64,000 nt of DNA, from the NCBI GenBank assembly GCA_026184295.1, contig JAHCJK010000001.1, forward strand, positions 24,862 through 88,861, read 5' to 3'. The notes below the pieces were generated by a model. The model saw nothing but the letters and a program-made list of their open reading frames with translations, was not told the DNA's origin and ran no database searches. This DNA comes from Planctomycetota bacterium. Lineage in GTDB: Bacteria; Planctomycetota; SZUA-567; H5-PLA8. Of this stretch, positions 1 to 8,465 are shown in pieces. The number at the start of each line of letters is the position of its first letter. Within the stretch, counting starts at the first letter, position 1. The position numbers and the translations under genes are program-made.

Positions 1-70
1 TGGTCGGCTTGACGGAGAATTCCGCGCGCTTTAAGAGCATTCTCATCTTCGGCTGGGAATTCTAAGCCCG

Positions 71-766
71 ATGAATCGCAGAACGCTCCTGCCTGTGATC
101 CTGCTGGCGGCATCCGCATGCGCGGGTGCCGCCGGCGGCTTGCATGCCGAGGAGGCCCCTGCCGTCCTGGACGGCGGCGTCCTCCAGATCGGCGGCAAGA
201 CGATCAAGCTCGAGAAGGAAAAGGACCTCGCCAAGTTCGGCAAGGCGATCCTGGCCGCGGGCGGCGAGGCCCTGAAGGGCAAGGACGCCTCGCTGAAGCT
301 GTCGCTGGGCGAAAAAGCCCGCTGGGCCGACCTCCAGCGCGTGCTGCTCGCGGCGGCCGCGGTCCGGGTGCGCTCGGCCGGCGTCAGCGCCGGAACTGAA
401 GCCCCCGTGGTGCTCGACCTGCCCGGCGCGGACGGGCAGAACGGGGAGGTCGTGGACCTGCCGCTCAGCCGGGGCGCCAAGGGCGAACTGCGGACCGAGA
501 CCGGCGGGCAATCCTTTCAGCTCGACGCGGACCTGGTGAAGGGCCTTGTCCAGCAGGCCCCCGGCGCGGTGGTGAACGTCGTCGCGCCCGCCGATCTGCC
601 GGCCCGCGACGTGCTCCGCGCGCTGAAGCTTTTAAAAGATGCGTCCGCGAAGGCCGCGTACCTGCCGCACAAGGCCCTGGCCGAAGCGCAGCCCGCCGGC
701 GGAAAAAACGATTCGGAAGAGCACGAAAGCGGCGCCTCGCGCATGGCGAAGGGCCTGAGCGAATAG
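71..766 (+). CDS. Secreted hypothetical protein (N-terminal signal peptide MNRRTLLPVILLAASACAGAAG)
   Basis: ORF with signal-peptide-like N-terminus and non-degenerate composition. No family recognised. Confidence 0.5.
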   Translation: MNRRTLLPVILLAASACAGAAGGLHAEEAPAVLDGGVLQIGGKTIKLEKEKDLAKFGKAILAAGGEALKGKDASLKLSLGEKARWADLQRVLLAAAAVRVRSAGVSAGTEAPVVLDLPGADGQNGEVVDLPLSRGAKGELRTETGGQSFQLDADLVKGLVQQAPGAVVNVVAPADLPARDVLRALKLLKDASAKAAYLPHKALAEAQPAGGKNDSEEHESGASRMAKGLSE

Positions 767-1207
767 CTACGGCGTCTTGGCCAGCATGGGATAAAGCAGC
801 AGCGCCAGCACCCCCAGCAGCACCAGAATCCCGACCGCGATCAGGAGCACGTTCGCCTTGGGCGGCGGGGGATCCTTGACCTCGCGCTGCGATTCGGCGC
901 GCGCGATCGCGGCGGCTTCGGTAAAGGGCTTCGAGGACATCATCCGCGACTCGCTGACGTACTGCTGCATCACGGCTTCGCGGAATTTGCTGGAGCCCTT
1001 CACGCCTTCCCAGTTCTGCACGATATTTTTAAGGCCCGCGAGGCGCGTGGATTCGTTGACGCACTTCACGCAGGTGGCCAGGTGGTGCTCCACCTCGGCC
1101 TTCTCCTGCGCGGAGATCTCGCGGTCCACGTACTCGGAAAGCATCTCGCGGCATTGCTCGCAGGTGATCTCCCGCGGCGCCGTTTTGGCCAGTTCCTGTT
1201 CGCTCAT
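767..1207 (-). CDS. Zinc-binding anti-sigma factor (ZAS-type), membrane anchored
   Basis: HxxxCxxC motif (VEHHLATCVKC) typical of RsrA/ChrR-like anti-sigma factors. C-terminal hydrophobic helix LLIAVGILVLLGVLALLLYP. Lies directly downstream of an ECF sigma gene on the same strand. Confidence 0.65.
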   Translation of the reverse strand: MSEQELAKTAPREITCEQCREMLSEYVDREISAQEKAEVEHHLATCVKCVNESTRLAGLKNIVQNWEGVKGSSKFREAVMQQYVSESRMMSSKPFTEAAAIARAESQREVKDPPPPKANVLLIAVGILVLLGVLALLLYPMLAKTP

Positions 1208-1255
1208 ACCCGTCGTCCCGTCACCCGAAGTGTAACCGTGCGCCGCCCCTGGGCG

Positions 1256-1861
1256 TCACTTGCTCTCGGCCTGCAAGATCTTCAGCGTCTCGCGCAGGGT
1301 CTCGCGGGCGCGTTTGACGCGCATCTTGATGGCGCTGACCGTCACGCCCAGAATCTCCGCGATCTCCTGGTATTGCATGTGGTGGTACTCGACCATCACC
1401 AGCGTCGTGCGCTGGTCGTCGGGCAGGTGCGCGATGGCCCGGTCGATCAGGCGCTGCGCCTCGTGCTTTTCGGCCTCGTTCAGCGGCGCGTCGGCCTTGT
1501 TGGCCAGCCGTTCGATGATGCGCGTCCCGTCGGGGTCGCTTCCGGCCGGTTCGTCCAGCGAACGGCTGCTGCGCAACTGGCCCTTTTTCAGCTCGTTGAT
1601 GCAGAGGTTCGCGGCGATCTTGTACAGCCAGGTGGTGAACTTGGCGACGGGCTGGTAGCGCCCCGCGTTGCGGAAGACGCGCAGGAAGGTCTCCTGCGCC
1701 ATGTCTTCCGAGGAATCCCGGTTGCGCATGAAGGCGTAGCAGAAGGTAATGACCTGCGTCTCGTAGCGGCGCAGCAGTTCTTCAAAGGCTTCGTGGTTGC
1801 CCGCGGCCAGTTCGGCCATGAGCTGCTCGTCGCCTTGTTCTTTCAGCCGCGCGTCGGACAT
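1256..1861 (-). CDS. ECF (sigma-70 family, group 4) RNA polymerase sigma factor
   Basis: Region 2 (ETFLRVFRNAGRY, FTTWLYKIAANLCINELKK) and region 4 (YQEIAEILGVTVSAIKMRVKRARETLR) motifs. Paired with the downstream anti-sigma factor. Confidence 0.85.
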   Translation of the reverse strand: MSDARLKEQGDEQLMAELAAGNHEAFEELLRRYETQVITFCYAFMRNRDSSEDMAQETFLRVFRNAGRYQPVAKFTTWLYKIAANLCINELKKGQLRSSRSLDEPAGSDPDGTRIIERLANKADAPLNEAEKHEAQRLIDRAIAHLPDDQRTTLVMVEYHHMQYQEIAEILGVTVSAIKMRVKRARETLRETLKILQAESK

Positions 1862-1916
1862 CCGTTATCCTTGCGTATACCGTAGTAACCGGAGGCCGCG
1901 CGCCGGGTCACCGCTC

Positions 1917-3317
1917 TTAGTGCGTGCTGAAAACGCTGACGATCAGCGAGGAGATCGTGGCGATCGCCACCACCACCACGCCGACGAGAATCGCCCACTT
2001 CAGGCTCAGGTTGGTCGAGACCGGCGCGTGCACCGCGCTGCGCGCGCGAAGGATGTTGCTCTGCCCGGGGTTCCGCCGCGCCGCGCCGATGCGTGAGGTG
2101 CTCGATCCCGGCGGGCCGCCGACCGGCGCGAGCATCTCGTCGAGTTTCTCGAGGTTCTCGTTCACTCCGCGGGCTTCGTGCCGCTGCGAGGTGGCGCTCG
2201 AGCGCGCCCCGTGTTCGGCGTGGGCCCCCGCCGGCCGCGCGATGCTCGACCGGCCCGCCGCCGGGCGCACGCTCACGGGCGGCTTGCCCTCGCTGAGCAG
2301 CGTCAGGTCGGAAAGCAGTTCGGCCGGCGTCTGGTAGCGCTCGGCGGGATCCTTGGCCAGCATCTTCTCGAGCACGTGGCAGAAACCCATCGAGATGCCG
2401 CGGTCGATGTCGTGCGGGCTCGGCACCTGTTCGTTCAAGTGCTTCATCATCACCACCGCGGCGGTCTCGCCGTCGAACGGCGGGCGCCCGGTGACCATCT
2501 CGTAGACGGTCGTGCCCAGCGAGTAGACGTCGGAGCGGATGTCGATCTCGGTCTTGCCCTGAATCTGTTCGGGCGAGAGGTAAAAGGGCGTGCCCATCGC
2601 GATGCCGGCCTTGGTGATGCGGCGGCGGCCCTGCTGTTCCTTGTCCACGGCCAGGCCCATGTCGGCCAGCTTGGCCACGCCCGCGGCGGTGACGAGGATG
2701 TTCTCGGGCTTGATGTCGCGGTGCACCAGGCGTTCGCCGTGGATGTGGTCCAGCGCCGAGGCCACCTGTTCCAGAATCTTGACGGCTTCCTTCTCGTTGA
2801 AGCGGCCCTTCTGTTCCAGCAGGCTGTAGACGTCCTGGCCCTCGACGTACTCCATGACCAGGAAGTAGTAGCCGTCGGCGTGGGCGAAATCGAGCCCGCG
2901 GACGATGTTGGCGTGGTCGAGTTCGAAGGCCGCGCGCGCTTCGGCTTCGAAGCGCTTCAGGAACGTGCCGTCCCGCGCGCGCGAACGCGGCAGGACCTTC
3001 AGCGCCACGATCTCGTTGTTGCGCGTGTCCTTGGCCTGGTAGACCGCGCCCATCCCGCCTTCGCCCAGCTTGCGGATCAGCTCGTACGAACCGATGCGCG
3101 TGACCTTTTGCAGGGCCTCGCGCTGCATGGAAAGCAGGCGTTCAAGCTGGGTGCGGGTCAGGAAGCCGTGCCCGATCAGGATTTCGCCGAGCTGTTCGTA
3201 GTTGCCGTTCTGCTCGTTGCGGTGCTGCTCGGCCAGGCATTCTTCGATTTCGAGCGGCTGGGCCAGCCCTTGCGCCACCGCGAGCTGGCCAAGGCGGATA
3301 TCTTCGAGGGTCGGCAT
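1917..3317 (-). CDS. Serine/threonine protein kinase with C-terminal transmembrane segment
   Basis: Kinase motifs: glycine loop GEGGMGAVYQAKD, catalytic VHRDIKPENILV, ADMGLA, GTPFYLSPEQ. C-terminal hydrophobic helix. Directly upstream of the ECF sigma gene. Confidence 0.85.
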   Translation of the reverse strand: MPTLEDIRLGQLAVAQGLAQPLEIEECLAEQHRNEQNGNYEQLGEILIGHGFLTRTQLERLLSMQREALQKVTRIGSYELIRKLGEGGMGAVYQAKDTRNNEIVALKVLPRSRARDGTFLKRFEAEARAAFELDHANIVRGLDFAHADGYYFLVMEYVEGQDVYSLLEQKGRFNEKEAVKILEQVASALDHIHGERLVHRDIKPENILVTAAGVAKLADMGLAVDKEQQGRRRITKAGIAMGTPFYLSPEQIQGKTEIDIRSDVYSLGTTVYEMVTGRPPFDGETAAVVMMKHLNEQVPSPHDIDRGISMGFCHVLEKMLAKDPAERYQTPAELLSDLTLLSEGKPPVSVRPAAGRSSIARPAGAHAEHGARSSATSQRHEARGVNENLEKLDEMLAPVGGPPGSSTSRIGAARRNPGQSNILRARSAVHAPVSTNLSLKWAILVGVVVVAIATISSLIVSVFSTH

Positions 3318-3490
3318 TCAACTCGGTCCTTGGCGCACGCCTCGTCTGGGGGCCGACCAAAAAGCTATCGAGCGTACAAGTATGCATAAGAATTAGGGTT
3401 GTCAAGAAGCCTCAGGCTGCGCGGCATTCCTCCTTGTGCCCCGGGCGTCCGCGCCTAGGATGCCGGGAAATCCATTCGATGGGAGTTCGC

Positions 3491-4429
3491 ATGGCGCGCA
3501 AGCAACCCGCACGTTCCAACCACACCGTCGCGATCCTGGGGGTGCCCATGGACCTGGGTTCCAGCCTGCGCGGCGTCGATATGGGGCCTTCGGCCATACG
3601 CATTGCCGGCGTGCGCGAACGCTTGGGACGCCTGGGCTTTAAAGTGCAGGACCTGGGCAACGTGGAGGTCCCGCACGCCAGCGTGGCGGGGCGGGGGTCG
3701 CCGCGTTTGAAGTACGTCCAGCCGATCCGGCGCGCCTGCCGAGTGCTCGCGCATACGGTCAACCGCACGCTTTCGGCCGGCGCGAAGCCGCTGGTGCTCG
3801 GCGGGGACCATTCCATCGCCATCGGGACCCTGGCCGGCCTGGCCCTGCACGCCCGCCAGCGCAAGAAGAAGCTCGGGCTCCTGTGGGTCGATGCCCACGG
3901 CGACTGCAACACCTCCCGCACCAGCCCCAGCGGGAACATCCACGGCATGCCCCTGGCCGTGGCCCTGGGCGCCGGGAACCGCCTGCTGACCGCGCTGGCC
4001 GGGAAGAGCCCCATGATCGACGCGCGCCGCACGGTCCTCTTCGGCGTCCGCGACCTCGACATGGGCGAACGCGCCAACATCCGCAAGCTGGGCCTGCGCG
4101 CGATCACCATGCGCGAGATCGACGAGCACGGCGTCTACGCGATGATGCAGGAGGCGCTCAAGATCGTGGCGGCCGAGAGCGGCGACGGCTTCCACCTCTC
4201 CTTCGACATCGACAGCCTGGACCCCAGCTACGCCCCGGGCGTCGGGACGCCGGTGCCCGGCGGGCTGACCGTGCGCGAGGCGCACCTGATCATGGAACTG
4301 GTGGCCGACACCGGGCGGATGCTCTCGTGCGAACTCGTGGAGGTCAACCCGGTGCTCGACCGGGCCAACGCGACGGCCAAACTGGCCGTGGACCTGCTCG
4401 AATCGGCCTTCGGCGCCAGCATTCTGTAA
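3491..4429 (+). CDS. Arginase / ureohydrolase family enzyme
   Basis: Ureohydrolase manganese-binding signatures GGDHSIAIG, DAHGDCNT and SFDIDSLDP. Start chosen at MARKQ within ORF 3434..4429. Confidence 0.8.
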   Translation: MARKQPARSNHTVAILGVPMDLGSSLRGVDMGPSAIRIAGVRERLGRLGFKVQDLGNVEVPHASVAGRGSPRLKYVQPIRRACRVLAHTVNRTLSAGAKPLVLGGDHSIAIGTLAGLALHARQRKKKLGLLWVDAHGDCNTSRTSPSGNIHGMPLAVALGAGNRLLTALAGKSPMIDARRTVLFGVRDLDMGERANIRKLGLRAITMREIDEHGVYAMMQEALKIVAAESGDGFHLSFDIDSLDPSYAPGVGTPVPGGLTVREAHLIMELVADTGRMLSCELVEVNPVLDRANATAKLAVDLLESAFGASIL

Positions 4430-4464
4430 AAGGGTAAATTCCGGCCTGCCGCGCAATTCGAGCG

Positions 4465-5757
4465 GTGTATACCCTTGCAATGGACGCGTGCACTAGTACA
4501 CTTGGACGGCGGAAAAACGAGGGTGCCGCCGTGAACCGAAACGCCCGCAAGGCTCGCAAGACCCCCGCCGCCGCGCCCGGCTGGACCGGCGCGGTCAAGC
4601 TCCACCGGGGCGCCGACCGCGACCCGCTCTTCGTGCAGCTCCGCGAAGGCATCCGCCAGTCGATCCTCGACGGGCGCCTGCGCCCCGGCGACGCGCTCCT
4701 GCCGCAGCGGCAGCTCTGCCGCACCTTCAAGATCAACCAGGTCACCGCCACGCAGGCCGTCAGCGACCTGCTCCGCGAAGGCCTCCTGCGCAGCGAACAC
4801 GGGCGCGGCATCTTCGTCAACGACGTGCGCCCGCCGCTGGTCGCCGTGGTCTACCCCAAATCCGAAAAGAAGATGCGCGAGGGCGGCCTGTACCAGAACA
4901 TGCTCGCCGCCGCCGTGGAACGCCTGACCCGCGAGAACCTGCGCGTCGCCTACTGCACCCGCGAACAGGAAAGCCGCGCCTTCCGCTTCGGCCCGCCGCT
5001 CGAAGAAGTGCTCGCGATGGACGCCGCCCTGTACCTGACCGTCGGCATTCAGAACGAGGAATACCTCGGCGCGCTGGCCGCGACCGGACGACCGGTGGTG
5101 GCCCTCGACGCCGCGCCGACCTCGGTCTCCTTCGACGGCGTGGTCTTCGACACCTTCCGCGACGGGTATCTGTGCACGCGCCGGCTGCTGGAAGCCGGGC
5201 ACCGCCGCATCGCCTGCATCGGCCACGACCGCGGCGCGCACCCGGTCGATGCCAGCGGGCGCACGCGCATCCCCGAACCCGACGCCTTCAAGCGCCAGTC
5301 CGGGTACCTGTACGCGATGGCGCAGGCGGGCCTGGGCTTCGACGCGCGGGAACTCTGCGCGATCCTGCCTGCGGGCGAACGCCCCGCCGCCTGGCTGCGC
5401 GCGCGCATGGGCGAAGGCGTCACCGCGGCCGTCGCGACCGAACACACGGCCGAATGGCTGGCCGGACAGGCCGAGGTGCCCAAGGCCCTGAGTCTGGCCG
5501 TGATGGGGCTCGAACGCCCCGGCACGCGCTGGAGCGGCACGTACATGAACCTGGCCGCCGCGGGGCAGGCCGCGGGCGCGCAGGCGCTGCGGCGATTGCG
5601 CCGGAGCGCCGGGGGGCAGCCGCTGGGGCAGGGCGCGCTGGTGGTCTGTCCGCCGGAACCGGTCGAAGGAGACTCGATCGCGGTCGTCGGCCCGCCGCCG
5701 GAAAGCTACGCATTCTTTTCCCGGCAGGCCGCCTCGGCCCGGGAGGCGCGGCCATGA
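4465..5757 (+). CDS. GntR-family HTH regulator fused to a periplasmic-binding-protein-like (LacI-type) sugar-binding domain
   Basis: N-terminal winged HTH (LPQRQLCRTFKINQVTATQAVSDLLREGLLRSEHGRGIFV) followed by a PBP-like domain. Stop overlaps the next gene's start (ATGA). Confidence 0.7.
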   Translation: MYTLAMDACTSTLGRRKNEGAAVNRNARKARKTPAAAPGWTGAVKLHRGADRDPLFVQLREGIRQSILDGRLRPGDALLPQRQLCRTFKINQVTATQAVSDLLREGLLRSEHGRGIFVNDVRPPLVAVVYPKSEKKMREGGLYQNMLAAAVERLTRENLRVAYCTREQESRAFRFGPPLEEVLAMDAALYLTVGIQNEEYLGALAATGRPVVALDAAPTSVSFDGVVFDTFRDGYLCTRRLLEAGHRRIACIGHDRGAHPVDASGRTRIPEPDAFKRQSGYLYAMAQAGLGFDARELCAILPAGERPAAWLRARMGEGVTAAVATEHTAEWLAGQAEVPKALSLAVMGLERPGTRWSGTYMNLAAAGQAAGAQALRRLRRSAGGQPLGQGALVVCPPEPVEGDSIAVVGPPPESYAFFSRQAASAREARP

Positions 5758-6455
5758 ACCTCCTCTACGATTGGGACGCCGCGCGGCGCACGAGCGACTG
5801 GAAGCTGGAAGGCCACGGCGAAGTCCTGCTCGGCGCGGGCGGCGAACTGCATCTGCGCACCTTCCACTGCGGCCCCGGCCGGCGCGCGACGACCGTCTGG
5901 CTCCGCGACCTGATCCTGCCCAAGCATTTTCGCGTCGAATGGGTCTTCCGCAGCGCGGCCGCCGACGGCAACACGATGCTGATCTTCAACGCGCGGCCCC
6001 ACGGCCTGTCCGACCTCTTCGAAGACCCGCGCCCCGACGCGCGCTACTGCGACCTGGCGAGTTACGGCAAGATCGTCGCGCACACGGTGGGCTTCCACCG
6101 CGGCGTCTACGGGCGGCCCTCGGTGTTGCGCAAGATCGGCGGGCACGTCCCGCTCGAATGGGGGCAACTCGCCTGGGACGGCCCGCACAACGCGGCCTTT
6201 GAAAAGGCGTCCACGCTCAGTTCGCGCCCCGAACCGTTCTGTTCCGAAGACCGCGGCAAGCCGCACGCTTTCGCGCTGGAACGCGAGGGCGCGGCCCTGC
6301 GCTTCTGGGTCAACGGCACGCTTCTGCACGATCTTCGTGACGACGGCGCATACCCGTATTACCGCGAACCGCTCGAAGGCGGGCGGATCGCGTTCCGGAA
6401 CTTCGGCGGCTACGCCGACGACTTTTACACCGGCCTGCGCGTGACCGCGCTCTGA
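5754..6455 (+). CDS. Hypothetical protein, possibly concanavalin-like/DUF1961-like fold
   Basis: 233-aa ORF starting MNLLYDWD. ATGA overlap with the upstream regulator. The family assignment is a guess. Confidence 0.45.
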   Translation: MNLLYDWDAARRTSDWKLEGHGEVLLGAGGELHLRTFHCGPGRRATTVWLRDLILPKHFRVEWVFRSAAADGNTMLIFNARPHGLSDLFEDPRPDARYCDLASYGKIVAHTVGFHRGVYGRPSVLRKIGGHVPLEWGQLAWDGPHNAAFEKASTLSSRPEPFCSEDRGKPHAFALEREGAALRFWVNGTLLHDLRDDGAYPYYREPLEGGRIAFRNFGGYADDFYTGLRVTAL

Positions 6456-6481
6456 CCGGACTCTGGCACGGAGGACTTTTC

Positions 6482-8452
6482 ATGCGCTCCCGCATTCCGC
6501 TCACGCTCTTCGCCGCGCTGCTCTCCACGGCCGTCCTCGCCGCCGACCTGTACTGCGTTCCCGACACGTATAAGTTCCGGCCCGACGGCAGCGTGATCGA
6601 ATTCTCCGGCAAGCCCGCCGGCGCGCTGGCCGACGGCAACACGGTCTGGTCCAAGGCGCAGAAGTCGGTGACGCTGGCCTCGGCGCGCAACGAGACCGCC
6701 GCCTTCCAGGTCGTCGTCGCGGGCGAAGCCAAGGGCGTGCGCCTGGGCGTGAGCGCGCTGAAGGGAGAAGGGGAGTCCGCGATTCCCGCCGCGGGCGTCT
6801 CGGTCTCGCTGATCGCCTTCACGAACACCGTCGCGGCCGACGGCGGAGGCATCTTCGCCGACATCTGCGTGCCGCTCGAAAAACTCGGCGGGGCCTTCGA
6901 CGTGCCCTATTCGGCCAAGGGCCTGCTGGCGCCGCCGGAACAGAAGGTCGGCCTGGCGCTCGTCGAAATATACGTTCCGCCCGGCACCAAGCCCGGCAAG
7001 TACGAAGGCGAACTCTCCGCGAGCGGCGGCGTGGAAGCGAAGATCAAGATCGCCCTGACGGTCTGGCCGATCGACCTGCCGGCGCGCCCGAGCATCATCT
7101 TCGACGTGAACAACTACAGTTCGCCCGTGGCCAGCCTGGGCGTGGCGGACACGCAGAACCCGTACAAGGCGACCGCCAAGGAGACCATCGAGGCCGAACA
7201 CAACTGCTACCGGCTCTTCAACCGTCACCGCATGTACCTGAACATCATGCCCTACCATTCGCAGCGCGGGTATCCGCGCTACGCGCCCATGCTCTCCGGC
7301 AACGGCGCCGAGACCCAGGTGGACTGGAAGCACTTCGACGAACGCTTCGGCCCGGTGCTCTCGGGCGAAATCTTCGACGACAAGGAACCGCCGCCGCACT
7401 TCTACCTGCCCTTCAACCTGCACTGGCCCTACGGCTATTCGCACGACGAAAGCCTGGCCGACAAGCGCCTGAACTTCCGCAAGAACCCCAAGGACTACAA
7501 GGCCACGCTCGTCCCGGCCTACGAGGAAACCTTCAAGGCCGTCTCGAAGCAGTGCGTGGACCACTTCGCCGAAAAGGGCTGGACCAAGACCGGCTTCCAG
7601 GTCTTCCTCAACCACAGCGACCAGGAGAACGCCAACAGCCCCTGGCGCCTGGACGAACCGTACAACAAGTACGGCTTCGCAGTCTTGCAGTGGTACGCCA
7701 AGCTGACCAACCAGCACATGCGCGACAACGACAAGGGCGTGAAGGTGAACTACCGCATCGACATCGGCCACTGGAACTGCCGCGATCCCAAGTGCCAGTG
7801 CTACAAGGCCAAGAACTGGGAACCCGACGACGGCGAGGGCATGCTGGAACCCCACATCGACGCCTGGTACATCGGCGCGGTCCACGCCTACGCGAACAAG
7901 CACCGCTTCGCGGCGCTCAAGGCCAAGGGCCCGGCGCACGAAGTCTTCATCTACGGCGGCGGCGACCGCGTCTCCGGGCCGGCGACGGGCACGCGCGGTT
8001 CGATGTGGACCTTCTACGACATCGGGCTCGACGGCTTCTGCGCCTGGAAGGTCGGCGCCGAACCCGCCTCGGGCGCGGCGCCCGTCAACGGCGGCGACAA
8101 CATGGCCTACAGCGGCGCGCCGCTGGGGATTCCGGAACTCCTCCCGAGCCTGCGCATGAAGATCTTCCGCCGCGGCAGCTACGACGTCGAATACCTCAAG
8201 CTCGCCGCCGCCAAGGACGCCGAAAAGGTCAAGGCGCTCCTGAAGGAGATGATCGAGTACAAGACCAGCCCCGGGAACAAGTACACCGTCGTGGAATTCC
8301 CCAGCCCGAACAACAACCCCGCCGACTACGAGATCGCGCGCCTGGAACTCGCGGGCATCATCCTCGGCATGGACCTCGCCAAGGGCCTCAAGCGCCAGGG
8401 GCGCATCGACGGCCCGCCCGAAGCTTTCGTGGATCAGATTCAGGGCTACTGA
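6482..8452 (+). CDS. Secreted 656-aa hypothetical protein, possibly carbohydrate-active (polysaccharide-processing)
   Basis: Clear signal peptide (MRSRIPLTLFAALLSTAVLAADLY). Long non-degenerate ORF immediately followed by a heparinase-like gene. No family confidently recognised. Confidence 0.5.
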   Translation: MRSRIPLTLFAALLSTAVLAADLYCVPDTYKFRPDGSVIEFSGKPAGALADGNTVWSKAQKSVTLASARNETAAFQVVVAGEAKGVRLGVSALKGEGESAIPAAGVSVSLIAFTNTVAADGGGIFADICVPLEKLGGAFDVPYSAKGLLAPPEQKVGLALVEIYVPPGTKPGKYEGELSASGGVEAKIKIALTVWPIDLPARPSIIFDVNNYSSPVASLGVADTQNPYKATAKETIEAEHNCYRLFNRHRMYLNIMPYHSQRGYPRYAPMLSGNGAETQVDWKHFDERFGPVLSGEIFDDKEPPPHFYLPFNLHWPYGYSHDESLADKRLNFRKNPKDYKATLVPAYEETFKAVSKQCVDHFAEKGWTKTGFQVFLNHSDQENANSPWRLDEPYNKYGFAVLQWYAKLTNQHMRDNDKGVKVNYRIDIGHWNCRDPKCQCYKAKNWEPDDGEGMLEPHIDAWYIGAVHAYANKHRFAALKAKGPAHEVFIYGGGDRVSGPATGTRGSMWTFYDIGLDGFCAWKVGAEPASGAAPVNGGDNMAYSGAPLGIPELLPSLRMKIFRRGSYDVEYLKLAAAKDAEKVKALLKEMIEYKTSPGNKYTVVEFPSPNNNPADYEIARLELAGIILGMDLAKGLKRQGRIDGPPEAFVDQIQGY

Positions 8453-8465
8453 ACAAAGGAGCTGT

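Noticed and set aside
118-399. 93-aa ORF rich in Arg/Gly overlapping the first gene
   Set aside because: Alternative-frame artefact inside the secreted-protein gene 71..766. It is extremely Arg/Gly-rich and has no start context.
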